From the human T2T-CHM13v2.0 reference genome, Homo sapiens, in NCBI RefSeq assembly GCF_009914755.1, contig NC_060925.1: a stretch of DNA of 64,000 nt. The stretch is one strand, 5' to 3'. This document shows, in pieces, positions 1 to 14,200 of this stretch; position 1 is the first letter of the stretch, and each line of letters starts with the position of its first letter. The notes under the pieces were generated by a model. The model had not been told where the DNA came from. It made no database searches and saw nothing but the letters and a program-made list of their open reading frames with translations. The translations under genes were made by a program, and so were the position numbers.

Positions 1-444
1 GGAACAATCATCGAATGGACTCAAATGGAATTATCCTCAAATGGAATCGAATGGAATTATCGAATGCAATCGAATGAAATTATCGAATGCAATCGAATAG
101 AATCATCGAATGGACTCGAATGGAATCATCGAATGGAATGTAATGGAACAGTCAATGAACTCGAATGGAATCATCATTGAATGGAATCGAATGGAATCAT
201 CGAGTGGAATCGAATGTAATCATCATCAAATGGAATCAAAAATAACCATCATCAATTGGTATTGAATGGAATTGTCATCAAATGGAATTCAAAGGAATCA
301 TCATCAAATGGAACCGAATGGAATCCTCATTGAATGGAAATGAAAGGGGTCATCATCTAATGGAATCGCATGGAATCATCATCAAATGGAATCGAATGGA
401 ATCATCATCAAATGGAATCTAATGGAATCATTGAACAGAATTGA

Positions 445-912
445 ATGGAATCGTCATCGAATGAATTGAATGCAATCATCGAATGGTCTCGAATGGAATC
501 ATCTTCTAATGGAAAGGAATGGAATCATCGCATAGAATCGAATGGAATTATCATCGAATGGAATCGAATGGTATCAACACCAAACGGAAAAAAACGGAAT
601 TATCGAATGGAATCGAAGAGAATCTTCGAACGGACCCGAATGGAATCATCTAATGGAATGGAATGGAATAATCCATGGACTCGAATGCAATCATCATCGA
701 ATGGAATCGAATGGAATCATCGAATGGACTCGAATGGAATAATCATTGAACGGAATCGAATGGAATCATCATCGGATGGAAACGAATGGAATCATCATCG
801 AATGGAAATGAAAGGAGTCATCATCTAATGGAATTGCATGGAATCATCATAAAATGGAATCGAATGGAATCAACATCAAATGGAATCAAATGGAATCATT
901 GAACGGAATTGA
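445..912 (+). repeat. 468-bp module, type a
   Basis: Parses by hand into 19 submonomers (22,26,23,26,26,23,23,23,23,25,23,26,26,26,26,26,26,23,26 = 468). Type-a diagnostics: TTCTAATGGAAAGG, TGGTATCAACACC, CTTCGAACGG, GGAAACGAA. Type-b diagnostics: GACTGC, TTCAAATGGAATGG, TGGAATCAACATC, ATCATCGAATGG, GGAAATGAA. Confidence 0.9.
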
Positions 913-2220
913 ATGGAATCGTCATCGAATGAATTGACTACAATCACCGAATGGTCTCGAATGGAATCATCTTCAAATGGAATGGAATGGAATCATCGCA
1001 TAGAATCGAATGGAATTATCATCGAATGGAATCGAATGGAATCAACATCAAACGGAAAAAAACAGAATTATCGTATGGAATCGAAGAGAATCATCGAATG
1101 GACCCGAATGGAATCATCTAATGGAATGGAATGGAATAATCCATGGACTCGAATGCAATCATCATCGAATGGAATCGAATGGAATCATCGAATGGACTCG
1201 AATGGAATAATCATTGAACGGAATCGAATGGAATCATCATCGGATGGAAATGAATGGAATCATCATCGAATGGAATCGAATAGAATTATGGAATGAAATC
1301 CAGTGTGATCATCATCGAATGGACCCGAATGGAATCATCATCCAACGGAAGCTAATGGAATCAACATCGAATGAATCGAATGGAAACACCATCGAATTGA
1401 ACCGAATGGAATTATCATGAAATTGAAATGGATGGACTCATCATCGAATGGATTCGAATGGAATCATCGAATAAAATTGATTGAAATCATCATCGAATGG
1501 AATCGAATGGTATCATTGAATGGAATCGAATGGAATCATCATCAGATGGAAATGAATGGAATCGTCATAGAATGGAATCGAATGGATTCATTGAATGGAA
1601 TCAGATGGAATCATCGAATGGACTGGAATGGAATCATTGAATGGACTCGAAAGGGATCATTATTGAATGGAATTGAATGGAATCATCGAATGGTCTCGAT
1701 TGGAATCATTATCAAATGGAATCGAATGGAATCACCGAATAGAATCGAATGGAACAATCATCGAATGGACTCAAATGGAATTATCCTCAAATGGAATGGA
1801 ATGGAATTATCGAATGCAATCGAATGGAATTATCGAATGCAATCGAATAGAATCATCGAATGGACTCGAATGGAATCATCGAATGGAATGGAATGGAACA
1901 GTCAATGAACTCGAATGGAATCATCATTGAATGGAATCGAATGGAATCATCGAGTGGAATCGAATGGAATTATGATCAAATGGAATCGAATGTAATCATC
2001 ATCAAATGGAATCAAAAATAACCATCATCAATTGGTATTGAATGGAATTGTCATCAAATGGAATTCAAAGGAATCATCATCAAATGGAACCGAATGGAAT
2101 CCTCATTGAATGGAAATGAAAGGGGTCATCATCTAATGGAATCGCATGGAATCATCATCAAATGGAATCGAATGGAATCATCATCAAATGGAATCTAATG
2201 GAATCATTGAACAGAATTGA
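445..2220 (+). repeat. Representative 1776-bp monomer: two 468-bp-spaced modules (a, b) plus an ~840-bp single-copy segment
   Basis: The landmark ATGGAATCGTCATCGAATGAATTGA occurs at 445, 913, 2221 and 2689 (spacings 468 and 1308). Single-copy landmarks occur once per unit: AAATCCAGTGTG, CGGAAGCTAA, AAAGGGATC, AACAGTCAATG, AAAAATAACC, AAAGGGGTC. Confidence 0.95.
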
Positions 2221-5200
2221 ATGGAATCGTCATCGAATGAATTGAATGCAATCATCGAATGGTCTCGAATGGAATCATCTTCTAATGGAAAGGAATGGAA
2301 TCATCGCATAGAATCGATTGGAATTATCATCGAATGGAATCGAATGGTATCAACACCAAACGGAAAAAAACGGAATTATCAAATGGAATCGAAGAGAATC
2401 TTCGAACGGACCCGAATGGAATCATCTAATGGAATGGAATGGAATAATCCATGGACTCGAATGCAATCATCATCGAATGGAATCGAATGGAATCATCGAA
2501 TGGACTCGAATGGAATAATCATTGAACGGAATCGAATGGAATCATCATCGGATGGAAACGAATGGAATCATCATCGAATGGAAATGAAAGGAGTCATCAT
2601 CTAATGGAATTGCATGGAATCATCATAAAATGGAATCGAATGGAATCAACATCAAATGGAATCAAATGGAATCATTGAACGGAATTGAATGGAATCGTCA
2701 TCGAATGAATTGACTGCAATCATCCAATGGTCTCGAATGGAATCATCTTCAAATGGAATGGAATGGAATCATCGCATAGAATCGAATGGAATTATCATCG
2801 AATGGAATCGAATGGAATCAACATCCAACGGAAAAAAACGGAATTATCGAATGGAATCGAAGAGAATCATCGAATGGACCCGAATGGAATCATCTAATGG
2901 AATGGAATGGAATAATCCATGGACTCGAATGCAATCATCATCGAATGGAATCGAATGGAATCATCGAATGGACTCGAATGGAATAATCATTGAACGGAAT
3001 CGAATGGAATCATCATCGGATGGAAATGAATGGAATCATCATCGAATGGAATCGAATAGAATTATGGAATGAAATCCAGTGTGATCATCATCGAATGGAC
3101 CCGAATGGAATCATCATCCAACGGAAGCTAATGGAATCAACATCGAATGAATCAAATGGAAACACCATCGAATTGAAACGAATGGAATTATCATGAAATT
3201 GAAATGGATGGACTCATCATCGAATGGATTCGAATGGAATCATCGAATAAAATTGATTGAAATCATCATCCAATGGAATCGAATGGTATCATTGAATGGA
3301 ATCGAATGGAATCATCATCAGATGGAAATGAATGGAATCGTCATAGAATGGAATCGAATGGATTCATTGAATGGAATCAGATGGAATCATCGAATGGACT
3401 GGAATGGAATCATTGAATGGACTCGAAAGGGATCATTATTGAATGGAATTGAATGGAATCATCGAATGGTCTCGATTGGAATCATTATCAAATGGAATCG
3501 AATGGAATCACCGAATAGAATCGAATGGAACAATCATCGAATGGACTCAAATGGAATTATCCTCCAATGGAATCGAATGGAATTATCGAATGCAATCGAA
3601 TGGAATTATCGAATGCAATCGAATAGAATCATCGAATGGACTCGAATGGAATCATCGAATGGAATGGAATGGAACAGTCAATGAACTCGAATGGAATCAT
3701 CATTGAATGGAATCGAATGGAATCATCGAGTGGAATCGAATGGAATTATGATCAAATGGAATCGAATGTAATCATCATCAAATGGAATCAAAAATAACCA
3801 TCATCAATTGGTATTGAATGGAATTGTCATCAAATGGAATTCAAAGGAATCATCATCAAATGGAACCGAATGGAATCCTCATTGAATGGAAATGAAAGGG
3901 GTCATCATCTAATGGAATCGCATGGAATCATCATCAAATGGAATCGAATGAAATCAACATCAAATGGAATCAAATGGAATCATTGAACGGAATTGAATGG
4001 AATCGTCATCGAATGAATTGGATGCAATCATCGAATGGTCTCGAATGGAATCTTCTTCAAATGGAATGGAATGGAATCATCGCATAGAATCGAATGGAAT
4101 TATCATCGAATGAAATCGAATAGAATCAACATCAAACGGAAAAAAACGGAATTATCGAATGGAATCGAAGAGAATCATCGAATGGACCCGAATGGAATCA
4201 TCTAATGGAATGGAATGGAATAATCCATGGACTCGAATGCAATCATCATCGAATGGAATCGAATGGAATCATCGAATGGACTCGAATGGAATAATCATTG
4301 AACGGAATCGATTGGAATCATCATCGGATGGAAACGAATGGAATCATCATCGAATGGAAATGAAAGGAGTCATCATCTAATGGAATTGCATGGAATCATC
4401 ATAAAATGGAATCGAATGGAATCAACATCAAATGGAATCAAATGGAATCATTGAACGGAATTGAATGGAATCGTCATCGAATGAATTGACTGCAATCATC
4501 CAATGGTCTCGAATGGAATCATCTTCAAATGGAATGGAATGGAATCATCGCATAGAATCGAATGGAATTATCATCGAATGGAATCGAATGGAATCAACAT
4601 CCAACGGAAAAAAACGGAATTATCGAATGGAATCGAAGAGAATCATCGAATGGACACGAATGGAATCATCTAATGGAATGGAATGGAATAATCCATGGAC
4701 TCGAATGCAATCATCATCGAATGGAATCGAATGGAATCATCGAATGGACTCGAATGGAATAATCATTGAACGGAATCGAATGGAATCATCATCGGATGGA
4801 AATGAATGGAATCATCATCGAATGGAATCGAATACAATTATGGAATGAAATCCAGTGTGATCATCATCGAATGGACCCGAATGGAATCATCATCCAACGG
4901 AAGCTAATGGAATCAACATCGAATGAATCGAATGGAAACACCATCGAATTGAAACGAATGGAATTATCATGAAATTGAAATGGATGGACTCATCATCGAA
5001 TGGATTCGAAAGGAATCATCGAATAAAATTGATTGAAATCATCATCGAATGGAATCGAATGGTATCATTGAATGGAATCGAATGGAATCATCATCAGATG
5101 GAAATGAATGGAATCGTCATAGAATGGAATCGAATGGATTCATTGAATGGAATCAGATGGAATCATCGAATGGACTGGAATGGAATCATTGAATGGACTC

Positions 5201-7548
5201 GAAAGGGATCATGATTGAATGGAATTGAATGGAATCATCGAATGGTCTCGATTGGAATCATTATCAAATGGAATCGAATGGAATCACCGAATAGAATCGA
5301 ATGGAACAATCATCGAATGGACTCAAATGGAATTATCCTCAAATGGAATCGAATGGAATTATCGAATGCAATCGAATGGAATTATCGAATGCAATCGAAT
5401 AGAATGATCGAATGGACTCGAATGGAATCATTGAATGGAATGGAATGGAACAGTCAATGAACTCGAATGGAATCATCATTGAATGGAATCGAATGGAATC
5501 ATCGAGTGGAATCGAATGGAATTATGATCAAATGGAATCGAATGTAATCATCATCAAATGGAATCAAAAATAACCATCATCAATTGGTATTGAATGGAAT
5601 TGTCATCAAATGGAATTCAAAGGAATCAATATCAAATGGAACCGAATGGAATCCTCATTGAATGGAAATGAAAGGGGTCATCATCTAATGGAATCGCATG
5701 GAATCATCATCAAATGGAATCGAATGGAATCATCATCAAATGGAATCTAATGGAATCATTGAACAGAATTGAATGGAATCGTCATCGAATGAATTGAATG
5801 CAATCATCGAATGGTCTCGAATGGAATCATCTTCTAATGGAAAGGAATGGAATCATCGCATAGAATCGAATGGAATTATCATCGAATGGAATCGAATGGT
5901 ATCAACACCAAACGGAAAAAAACGGAATTATCGAATGGAATCGAAGAGAATCTTCGAACGGACCCGAATGGAATCATCTAATGGAATGGAATGGAATAAT
6001 CCATGGACTCGAATGCAATCATCAACGAATGGAATCGAAGGGAATCATCGAATGGACTCGAATGGAATAATCATTGAACGGAATCGAATGGAATCATCAT
6101 CGGATGGAAACGAATGGAATCATCATCGAATGGAAATGAAAGGAGTCATCATCTAATGGAATTGCATGGAATCATCATAAAATGGAATCGAATGGAATCA
6201 ACATCAAATGGAATCAAATGGAATCATTGAACGGAATTGAATGGAATCGTCATCGAATGAATTGACTGCAATCATCGAATGGTCTCGAATGGAATCATCT
6301 TCAAATGGAATGGAATGGAATCATCGCATAGAATCGAATGGAATTATCATCGAATGGAATCGAATGGAATCAACATCAAACGGAAAAAAACGGAATTATC
6401 GAATGGAATCGAAGAGAATCATCGAATGGACCCGAATGGAATCATCTAATGGAATGGAATGGAATAATCCATGGACTCGAATGCAATCATCATCGAATGG
6501 AATCGAATGGAATCATCGAATGGACTCGAATGGAATAATCATTGAACGGAATCGAATGGAATCATCATCGGATGGAAATGAATGGAATCATCATCGAATG
6601 GAATCGAATAGAATTATGGAATGAAATCCAGTGTGATCATCATCGAATGGACCCGAATGGAATCATCATCCAACGGAAGCTAATGGAATCAACATCGAAT
6701 GAATCGAATGGAAACACCATCGAATTGAAACGAATGGAATTATCATGAAATTGAAATGGATGGACTCATCATCGAATGGATTCGAATGGAATCATCGAAT
6801 AAAATTGATTGAAATCATCATCGAATGGAATCGAATGGTATCATTGAATGGAATCGAATGGAATCATCATCAGATGGAAATGAATGGAATCGTCATAGAA
6901 TGGAATCGAATGGATTCATTGAATGGAATCAGATGGAATCATCGAATGGACTGGAATGGAATCATTGAATGGACTCGAAAGGGATCATTATTGAATGGAA
7001 TTGAATGGAATCATCGAATGGTCTCGATTGGAATCATTATCAAATGGAATCGAATGGAATCACCGAATAGAATCGAATGGAACAATCATCGAATGGACTC
7101 AAATGGAATTATCCTCAAATGGAATCGAATGGAATTATCGAATGCAATCGAATGGAATTATCGAATGCAATCGAATAGAATCATCGAATGGACTCGAATG
7201 GAATCATCGAATGGAATGGAATGGAACAGTCAATGAACACGAATGGAATCATCATTGAATGGAATCGAATGGAATCATCGAGTGGAATCGAATGGAATTA
7301 TGATCAAATGGAATCGAATGTAATCATCATCAAATGGAATCAAAAATAACCATCATCAATTGCTATTGAATGGAATTGTCATCAAATGGAATTCAAAGGA
7401 ATCATCATCAAATGGAACCGAATGGAATCCTCATTGAATGGAAATGAAAGGGGTCATCATCTAATGGAATCGCATGGAATCATCATCAAATGGAATCGAA
7501 TGGAATCATCATCAAATGGAATCTAATGGAATCATTGAACAGAATTGA

Positions 7549-8218
7549 ATGGAATCGTCATCGAATGAATTGAATGCAATCATCGAATGGTCTCGAATGG
7601 AATCATCTTCTAATGGAAAGGAATGGAATCATCGCATAGAATCGAATGGAATTATCATCGAATGGAATCGAATGGTATCAACACCAAACGGAAAAAAACG
7701 GAATTATCGAATGGAATCGAAGAGAATCTTCGAACGGACCCGAATGGAATCATCTAATGGAATGGAATGGAATAATCCATGGACTCGAATGCAATCATCA
7801 TCGAATGGAATCGAATGGAATCATCGAATGGACTCGAATGGAATAATCATTGAACGGAATCGAATGGAATCATCATCGGATGGAAACGAATGGAATCATC
7901 GAATGAACTCGAATGGAATCATCATTGAATGGAATCGAATGGAATCATCGAGTGGAATCGAATGGAATTATGATCAAATGGAATCGAATCTAATCATCAT
8001 CAAATGGAATCAAAAATAACCATCATCAATTGGTATTGAATGGAATTGTCATCAAATGGAATTCAAAGGAATCATCATCAAATGGAACCGAATGGAATCC
8101 TCATTGAATGGAAATGAAAGGGGTCATCATCTAATGGAATCGCATGGAATCATCATCAAATGGAATCGAATGGAATCATCATCAAATGGAATCTAATGGA
8201 ATCATTGAACAGAATTGA
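7549..8218 (+). repeat. Truncated 670-bp monomer (1106-bp internal deletion)
   Basis: Module a runs directly into the AATGAACTC segment at ~7901. Module b and much of the single-copy segment are missing, and the next monomer starts 670 bp later. Confidence 0.93.
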
Positions 8219-11200
8219 ATGGAATCGTCATCGAATGAATTGAATGCAATCATCGAATGGTCTCGAATGGAATCATCTTCTAATGGAAAGGAATGGAATC
8301 ATCGCATAGAATCGAATGGAATTATCATCGAATGGAATCGAATGGTATCAACACCAAACGGAAAAAAACGGAATTATCGAATGGAATCGAAGAGAATCTT
8401 CGAACGGACCCGAATGGAATCATCTAATGGAATGGAATGGAATAATCCATGGACTCGAATGCAATCATCATCGAATGGAATCGAATGGAATCATCAAATG
8501 GACTCGAATGGAATAATCATTGAACGGAATCGAATGGAATCATCATCGGATGGAAACGAATGGAATCATCATCGAATGGAAATGAAAGGAGTCATCATCT
8601 AATGGAATTGCATGGAATCATCATAAAATGGAATCGAATGGAATCAATATCAAATGGAATCAAATGGAATCATTGAACGGAATTGAATGGAATCGTCATC
8701 GAATGAATTGACTGCAATCATCGAATGGTCTCGAATGGAATCATCTTCAAATGGAATGGAATGGAATCATCGCATAGAATCGAATGGAATTATCATCGAA
8801 TGGAATCGAATGGAATCAACATCAAACGGAAAAAAACGGAATTATCGAATGGAATCGAAGAGAATCATCGAATGGACCCGAATGGAATCATCTAATGGAA
8901 TGGAATGGAATAATCCATGGACTCGAATGCAATCATCATCGAATGGAATCGAATGGAATCATCGAATGGACTCGAATGGAATAATCATTGAACGGAATCG
9001 AATGGAATCATCATCGGATGGAAATGAATGGAATCATCATCGAATGGAATCGAATAGAATTATGGAATGAAATCCAGTGTGATCATCATCGAATGGACCC
9101 GAATGGAATCATCATCCAACGGAAGCTAATGGAATCAACATCGAATGAATCGAATGGAAACACCATCGAATTGAAACGAATGGAATTATCATGAAATTGA
9201 AATGGATGGACTCATCATCGAATGGATTCGAATGGAATCATCGAATAAAATTGATTGAAATCATCATCGAATGGAATCGAATGGTATCATTGAATGGAAT
9301 CGAATGGAATCATCATCAGATGGAAATGAATGGAATCGTCATAGAATGGAATCGAATGGATTCATTGAATGGAATCAGATGGAATCATCGAATGGACTGG
9401 AATGGAATCATTGAATGGACTCGAAAGGGATCATGATTGAATGGAATTGAATGGAATCATCGAATGGTCTCGATTGGAATCATTATCAAATGGAATCGAA
9501 TGGAATCACCGAATAGAATCGAATGGAACAATCATCGAATGGACTCAAATGGAATTATCCTCAAATGGAATCGAATGGAATTATCGAATGCAATCGAATG
9601 GAATTATCGAATGCAATCGAATAGAATCATCGAATGGACTCGAATGGAATCATCGAATGGAATGGAATGGAACAGTCAATGAACACGAATGGAATCATCA
9701 TTGAATGGAATCGAATGGAATCATCGAGTGGAATCGAATGGAATTATGATCAAATGGAATCGAATGTAATCATCATCAAATGGAATCAAAAATAACCATC
9801 ATCAATTGGTATTGAATGGAATTGTCATCAAATGGAATTCAAAGGAATCATCATCAAATGGAACCGAATGGAATCCTCATTGAATGGAAATGAAAGGGGT
9901 CATCATCTAATGGAATCGCATGGAATCATCACCAAATGGAATCGAATGGAATCATCATCAAATGGAATCTAATGGAATCATTGAACAGAATTGAATGGAA
10001 TCGTCATCGAATGAATTGAATGCAATCATCGAATGGTCTCGAATGGAATCATCTTCTAATGGAAAGGAATGGAATCATCGCATAGAATCGAATGGAATTA
10101 TCATCGAATGGAATCGAATGGTATCAACACCAAACGGAAAAAAACGGAATTATCGAATGGAATCGAAGAGAATCTTCGAACGGACCCGAATGGAATCATC
10201 TAATGGAATGGAATGGAATAATCCATGGACTCGAATGCAATCATCATCGAATGGAATCGAATGGAATCATCGAATGGACTCGAATGGAATAATCATTGAA
10301 CGGAATCGAATGGAATCATCATCGGATGGAAACGAATGGAATCATCATCGAATGGAAATGAAAGGAGTCATCATCTAATGCAATTGCATGGAATCATCAT
10401 CAAATGGAATCGAATGGAATCAACATCAAATGGAATCTAATGGAATCATTGAACAGAATTGAATGGAATCGTCATCGAATGAATTGACTGCAATCATCGA
10501 ATGGTCTCGAATGGAATCATCTTCTAATGGAAAGGAATGGAATCATCGCATAGAATCGAATGGAATTATCATCGAATGGAATCGAATGGTATCAACACCA
10601 AACGGAAAAAAACGGAATTATCGAAAGGAATCGAAGAGAATCTTCGAACGGACCCGAATGGAATCATCTAATGGAATGGAATGGAATAATCCATGGACTC
10701 GAATGCAATCATCATCGAATGGAATCGAATGGAATCATCGAATGGACTCGAATGGAATAATCATTGAACGGAATCGAATGGAATCATCATCGGATGGAAA
10801 TGAATGGAATCATCATCGAATGGAATCGAATAGAATTATGGAATGAAATCCAGTGTGATCATCATCGAATGGACCCGAATGGAATCATCATCCAACAGAA
10901 GCTAATGGAATCAACATCGAATGAATCGAATGGAAACACCATCGAATTCAAACGAATGGAATTACCATGAAATTGAAATGGATGGACTCATCATCGAATG
11001 GATTCGGATGGAATCATCGAATAAAATTGATTGAAATCATCATCGAATGGAATCGAATGGTATCATTGAATGGAATCGAATGGAATCATCATCAGATGGA
11101 AATGAATGGAATCGTCATAGAATGGAATCGAATGGATTCATTGAATGGAATCAGATGGAATCATCGAATGGACTGGAATGGAATCATTGAATGGACTCGA

Positions 11201-14200
11201 AAGGGATCATGATTGAATGGAATTGAATGGAATCATCGAATGGTCTCGATTGGAATCATTATGAAATGGAATCGAATGGAATCACCGAATAGAATCGAAT
11301 GGAACAATCATCGAATGGACTCAAATGGAATTATCCTCAAATGGAATCGAATGGAATTATCAAATGCAATCGAATGGAATTATCGAATGCAATCGAATAG
11401 AATCATCGAATGGACTCGAATGGAATCATCGAATGGAATGGAATGGAACAGTCAATGAACTCGAATGGAATCATCATTGAATGGAATCGAATGTAATCAT
11501 CCAGTGGAATCGAATGGAATTATGATCAAATGGAATCGAATGTAATCATCATCAAATGGAATCAAAAATAACCATCATCAATTGGTATTGAATGGAATTG
11601 TCATCAAATGGAATTCAAAGGAATCATCATCAAATGGAACCGAATGGAATCCTCATTGAATGGAAATGAAAGGGGTCATCATCTAATGGAATCGCATGGA
11701 ATCATCATCAAATGGAATCGAATGGAATCATCATCAAATGGAATCTAATGGAATCATTGAACAGAATTGAATGGAATCGTCATCGAATGAATTGAATGCA
11801 ATCATCGAATGGTCTCGAATGGAATCATCTTCTAATGGAAAGGAATGGAATCATCGCATAGAATCGAATGGAATTATCATCGAATGGAATCGAATGGTAT
11901 CAACACCAAACGGAAAAAAACGGAATTATCGAATGGAATCGAAGAGAATCTTCGAACGGACCCGAATGGAATCATCTAATGGAATGGAATGGAATAATCC
12001 ATGGACTCGAATGCAATCATCATCGAATGGAATCGAATGGAATCATCGAATGGACTCGAATGGAATAATCATTGAACGGAATCGAATGGAATCATCATCG
12101 GATGGAAACGAATGGAATCATCATCGAATGGAAATGAAAGGAGTCATCATCTAATGGAATTGCATGGAATCATCATAAAATGGAATCGAATGGAATCAAC
12201 ATCAAATGGAATCAAATGGAATCATTGAACGGAATTGAATGGAATCGTCATCGAATGAATTGACTGCAATCATCGAATGGTCTCGAATGGAATCATCTTC
12301 AAATGGAATGGAATGGAATCATCGCATAGAATCGAATGGAATTATCATCGAATGGAATCGAATGGAATCAACATCAAACGGAAAAAAACAGAATTATCGT
12401 ATGGAATCGAAGAGAATCATCGAGTGGACCCGAATGGAATCATCTAATGGAATGGAATGGAATAATCCATGGACTCGAATGCAATCATCATCGAATGGAA
12501 TCGAATGGAATCATCGAATGGACTCGAATGGAATAATCATTGAACGGAATCGAATGGAATCATCATCGGATGGAAATGAATGGAATCATCATCGAATGGA
12601 ATCGAATAGAATTATGGAATGAAATCCAGTGTGATCATCATCGAATGGACCCGAATGGAATCATCATCCAACGGAAGCTAATGGAATCAACATCGAATGA
12701 ATCGAATGGAAACACCATCGAATTGAAACGAATGGAATTATCATGAAATTGAAATGGATGGACTCATCATCGAATGGATTCGAATGGAATCATCGAATAA
12801 AATTGATTGAAATCATCATCCAATGGAATCGAATGGTATCATTGAATGGAATCGAATGGAATCATCATCAGATGGAAATGAATGGAATCGTCATAGAATG
12901 GAATCGAATGGATTCATTGAATGGAATCAGATGGAATCATCGAATGGACTGGAATGGAATCATTGAATGGACTCGAAAGGGATCATGATTGAATGGAATT
13001 GAATGGAATCATCGAATGGTCTCGATTGGAATCATTATCAAATGGAATCGAATGGAATCATCGAATAGAATCGAATGGAACAATCATCGAATGTACTCAA
13101 ATGGAATTATCCTCAAATGGAATCGAATGGAATTATCGAATGCAATCGAATGGAATTATCGAATGCAATCGAATAGAATCATCGAATGGACTCGAATGGA
13201 ATCATCGAATGGAATGGAATGGAACAGTCAATGAACACGAATGGAATCATCATTGAATGGAATCTAATGGAATCATCGAGTGGAATCGAATGGAATTATG
13301 ATCAAATGGAATCGAATGTAATCATCATCAAATGGAATCAAAAATAACCATCATCAATTGCTATTGAATGGAATTGTCATCAAATGGAATTCAAAGGAAT
13401 CATCATCAAATGGAACCGAATGGAATCCTCATTGAATGGAAATGAAAGGGGTCATCATCTAATGGAATCGCATGGAATCATCATCAAATGGAATCGAATG
13501 GAATCATCATCAAATGGAATCTAATGGAATCATTGAACAGAATTGAATGGAATCGTCATCGAATGAATTGAATGCAATCATCGAATGGTCTCGAATGGAA
13601 TCATCTTCTAATGGAAAGGAATGGAATCATCGCATAGAATCGAATGGAATTATCATCGAATGGAATCGAATGGTATCAACACCAAACGGAAAAAAACGGA
13701 ATTATCGAATGGAATCGAAGAGAATCTTCGAACGGACCCGAATGGAATCATCTAATGGAATGGAATGGAATAATCCATGGACTCGAATGCAATCATCATC
13801 GAATGGAATCGAATGGAATCATCGAATGGACTCGAATGGAATAATCATTGAACGGAATCGAATGGAATCATCATCGGATGGAAACGAATGGAATCATCAT
13901 CGAATGGAAATGAAAGGAGTCATCATCTAATGCAATTGCATGGAATCATCATCAAATAGAATCGAATGGAATCAACATCAAATGGAATCTAATGGAATCA
14001 TTGAACAGAATTGAATGGAATCGTCATCGAATGAATTGACTGCAATCATCGAATGGTCTCGAATGGAATCATCTTCAAATGGAATGGAATGGAATCATCG
14101 CATAGAATCGAATGGAATTATCATCGAATGGAATCGAATGGAATCAACAACAAACGGAAAAAAACGGAATTATCGAATGGAATCGAAGAGAATCATCGAA

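Noticed and set aside
618-632. Heat-shock element (GAATCTTC = GAAnnTTC) in type-a modules
   Set aside because: Only two correctly spaced nGAAn units are present, and a canonical HSE needs three. HSF1 stress bodies are associated mainly with HSat3.
445-912. 468 bp = 18 x 26 bp
   Set aside because: Numerical coincidence; manual parsing gives 19 submonomers of 22-26 bp.
1477-1488. TGATTGAAATCA inverted repeat and the many TCGA/GAATTC palindromes as hairpins or terminators
   Set aside because: The stems are only 4-6 bp and are expected from the repeat's composition. There is no support for a structured RNA.
445-2220. Monomer lengths as exact multiples of a nucleosome repeat
   Set aside because: 1308, 1776 and 468 share no convincing common nucleosome repeat length, and this cannot be tested from sequence alone.
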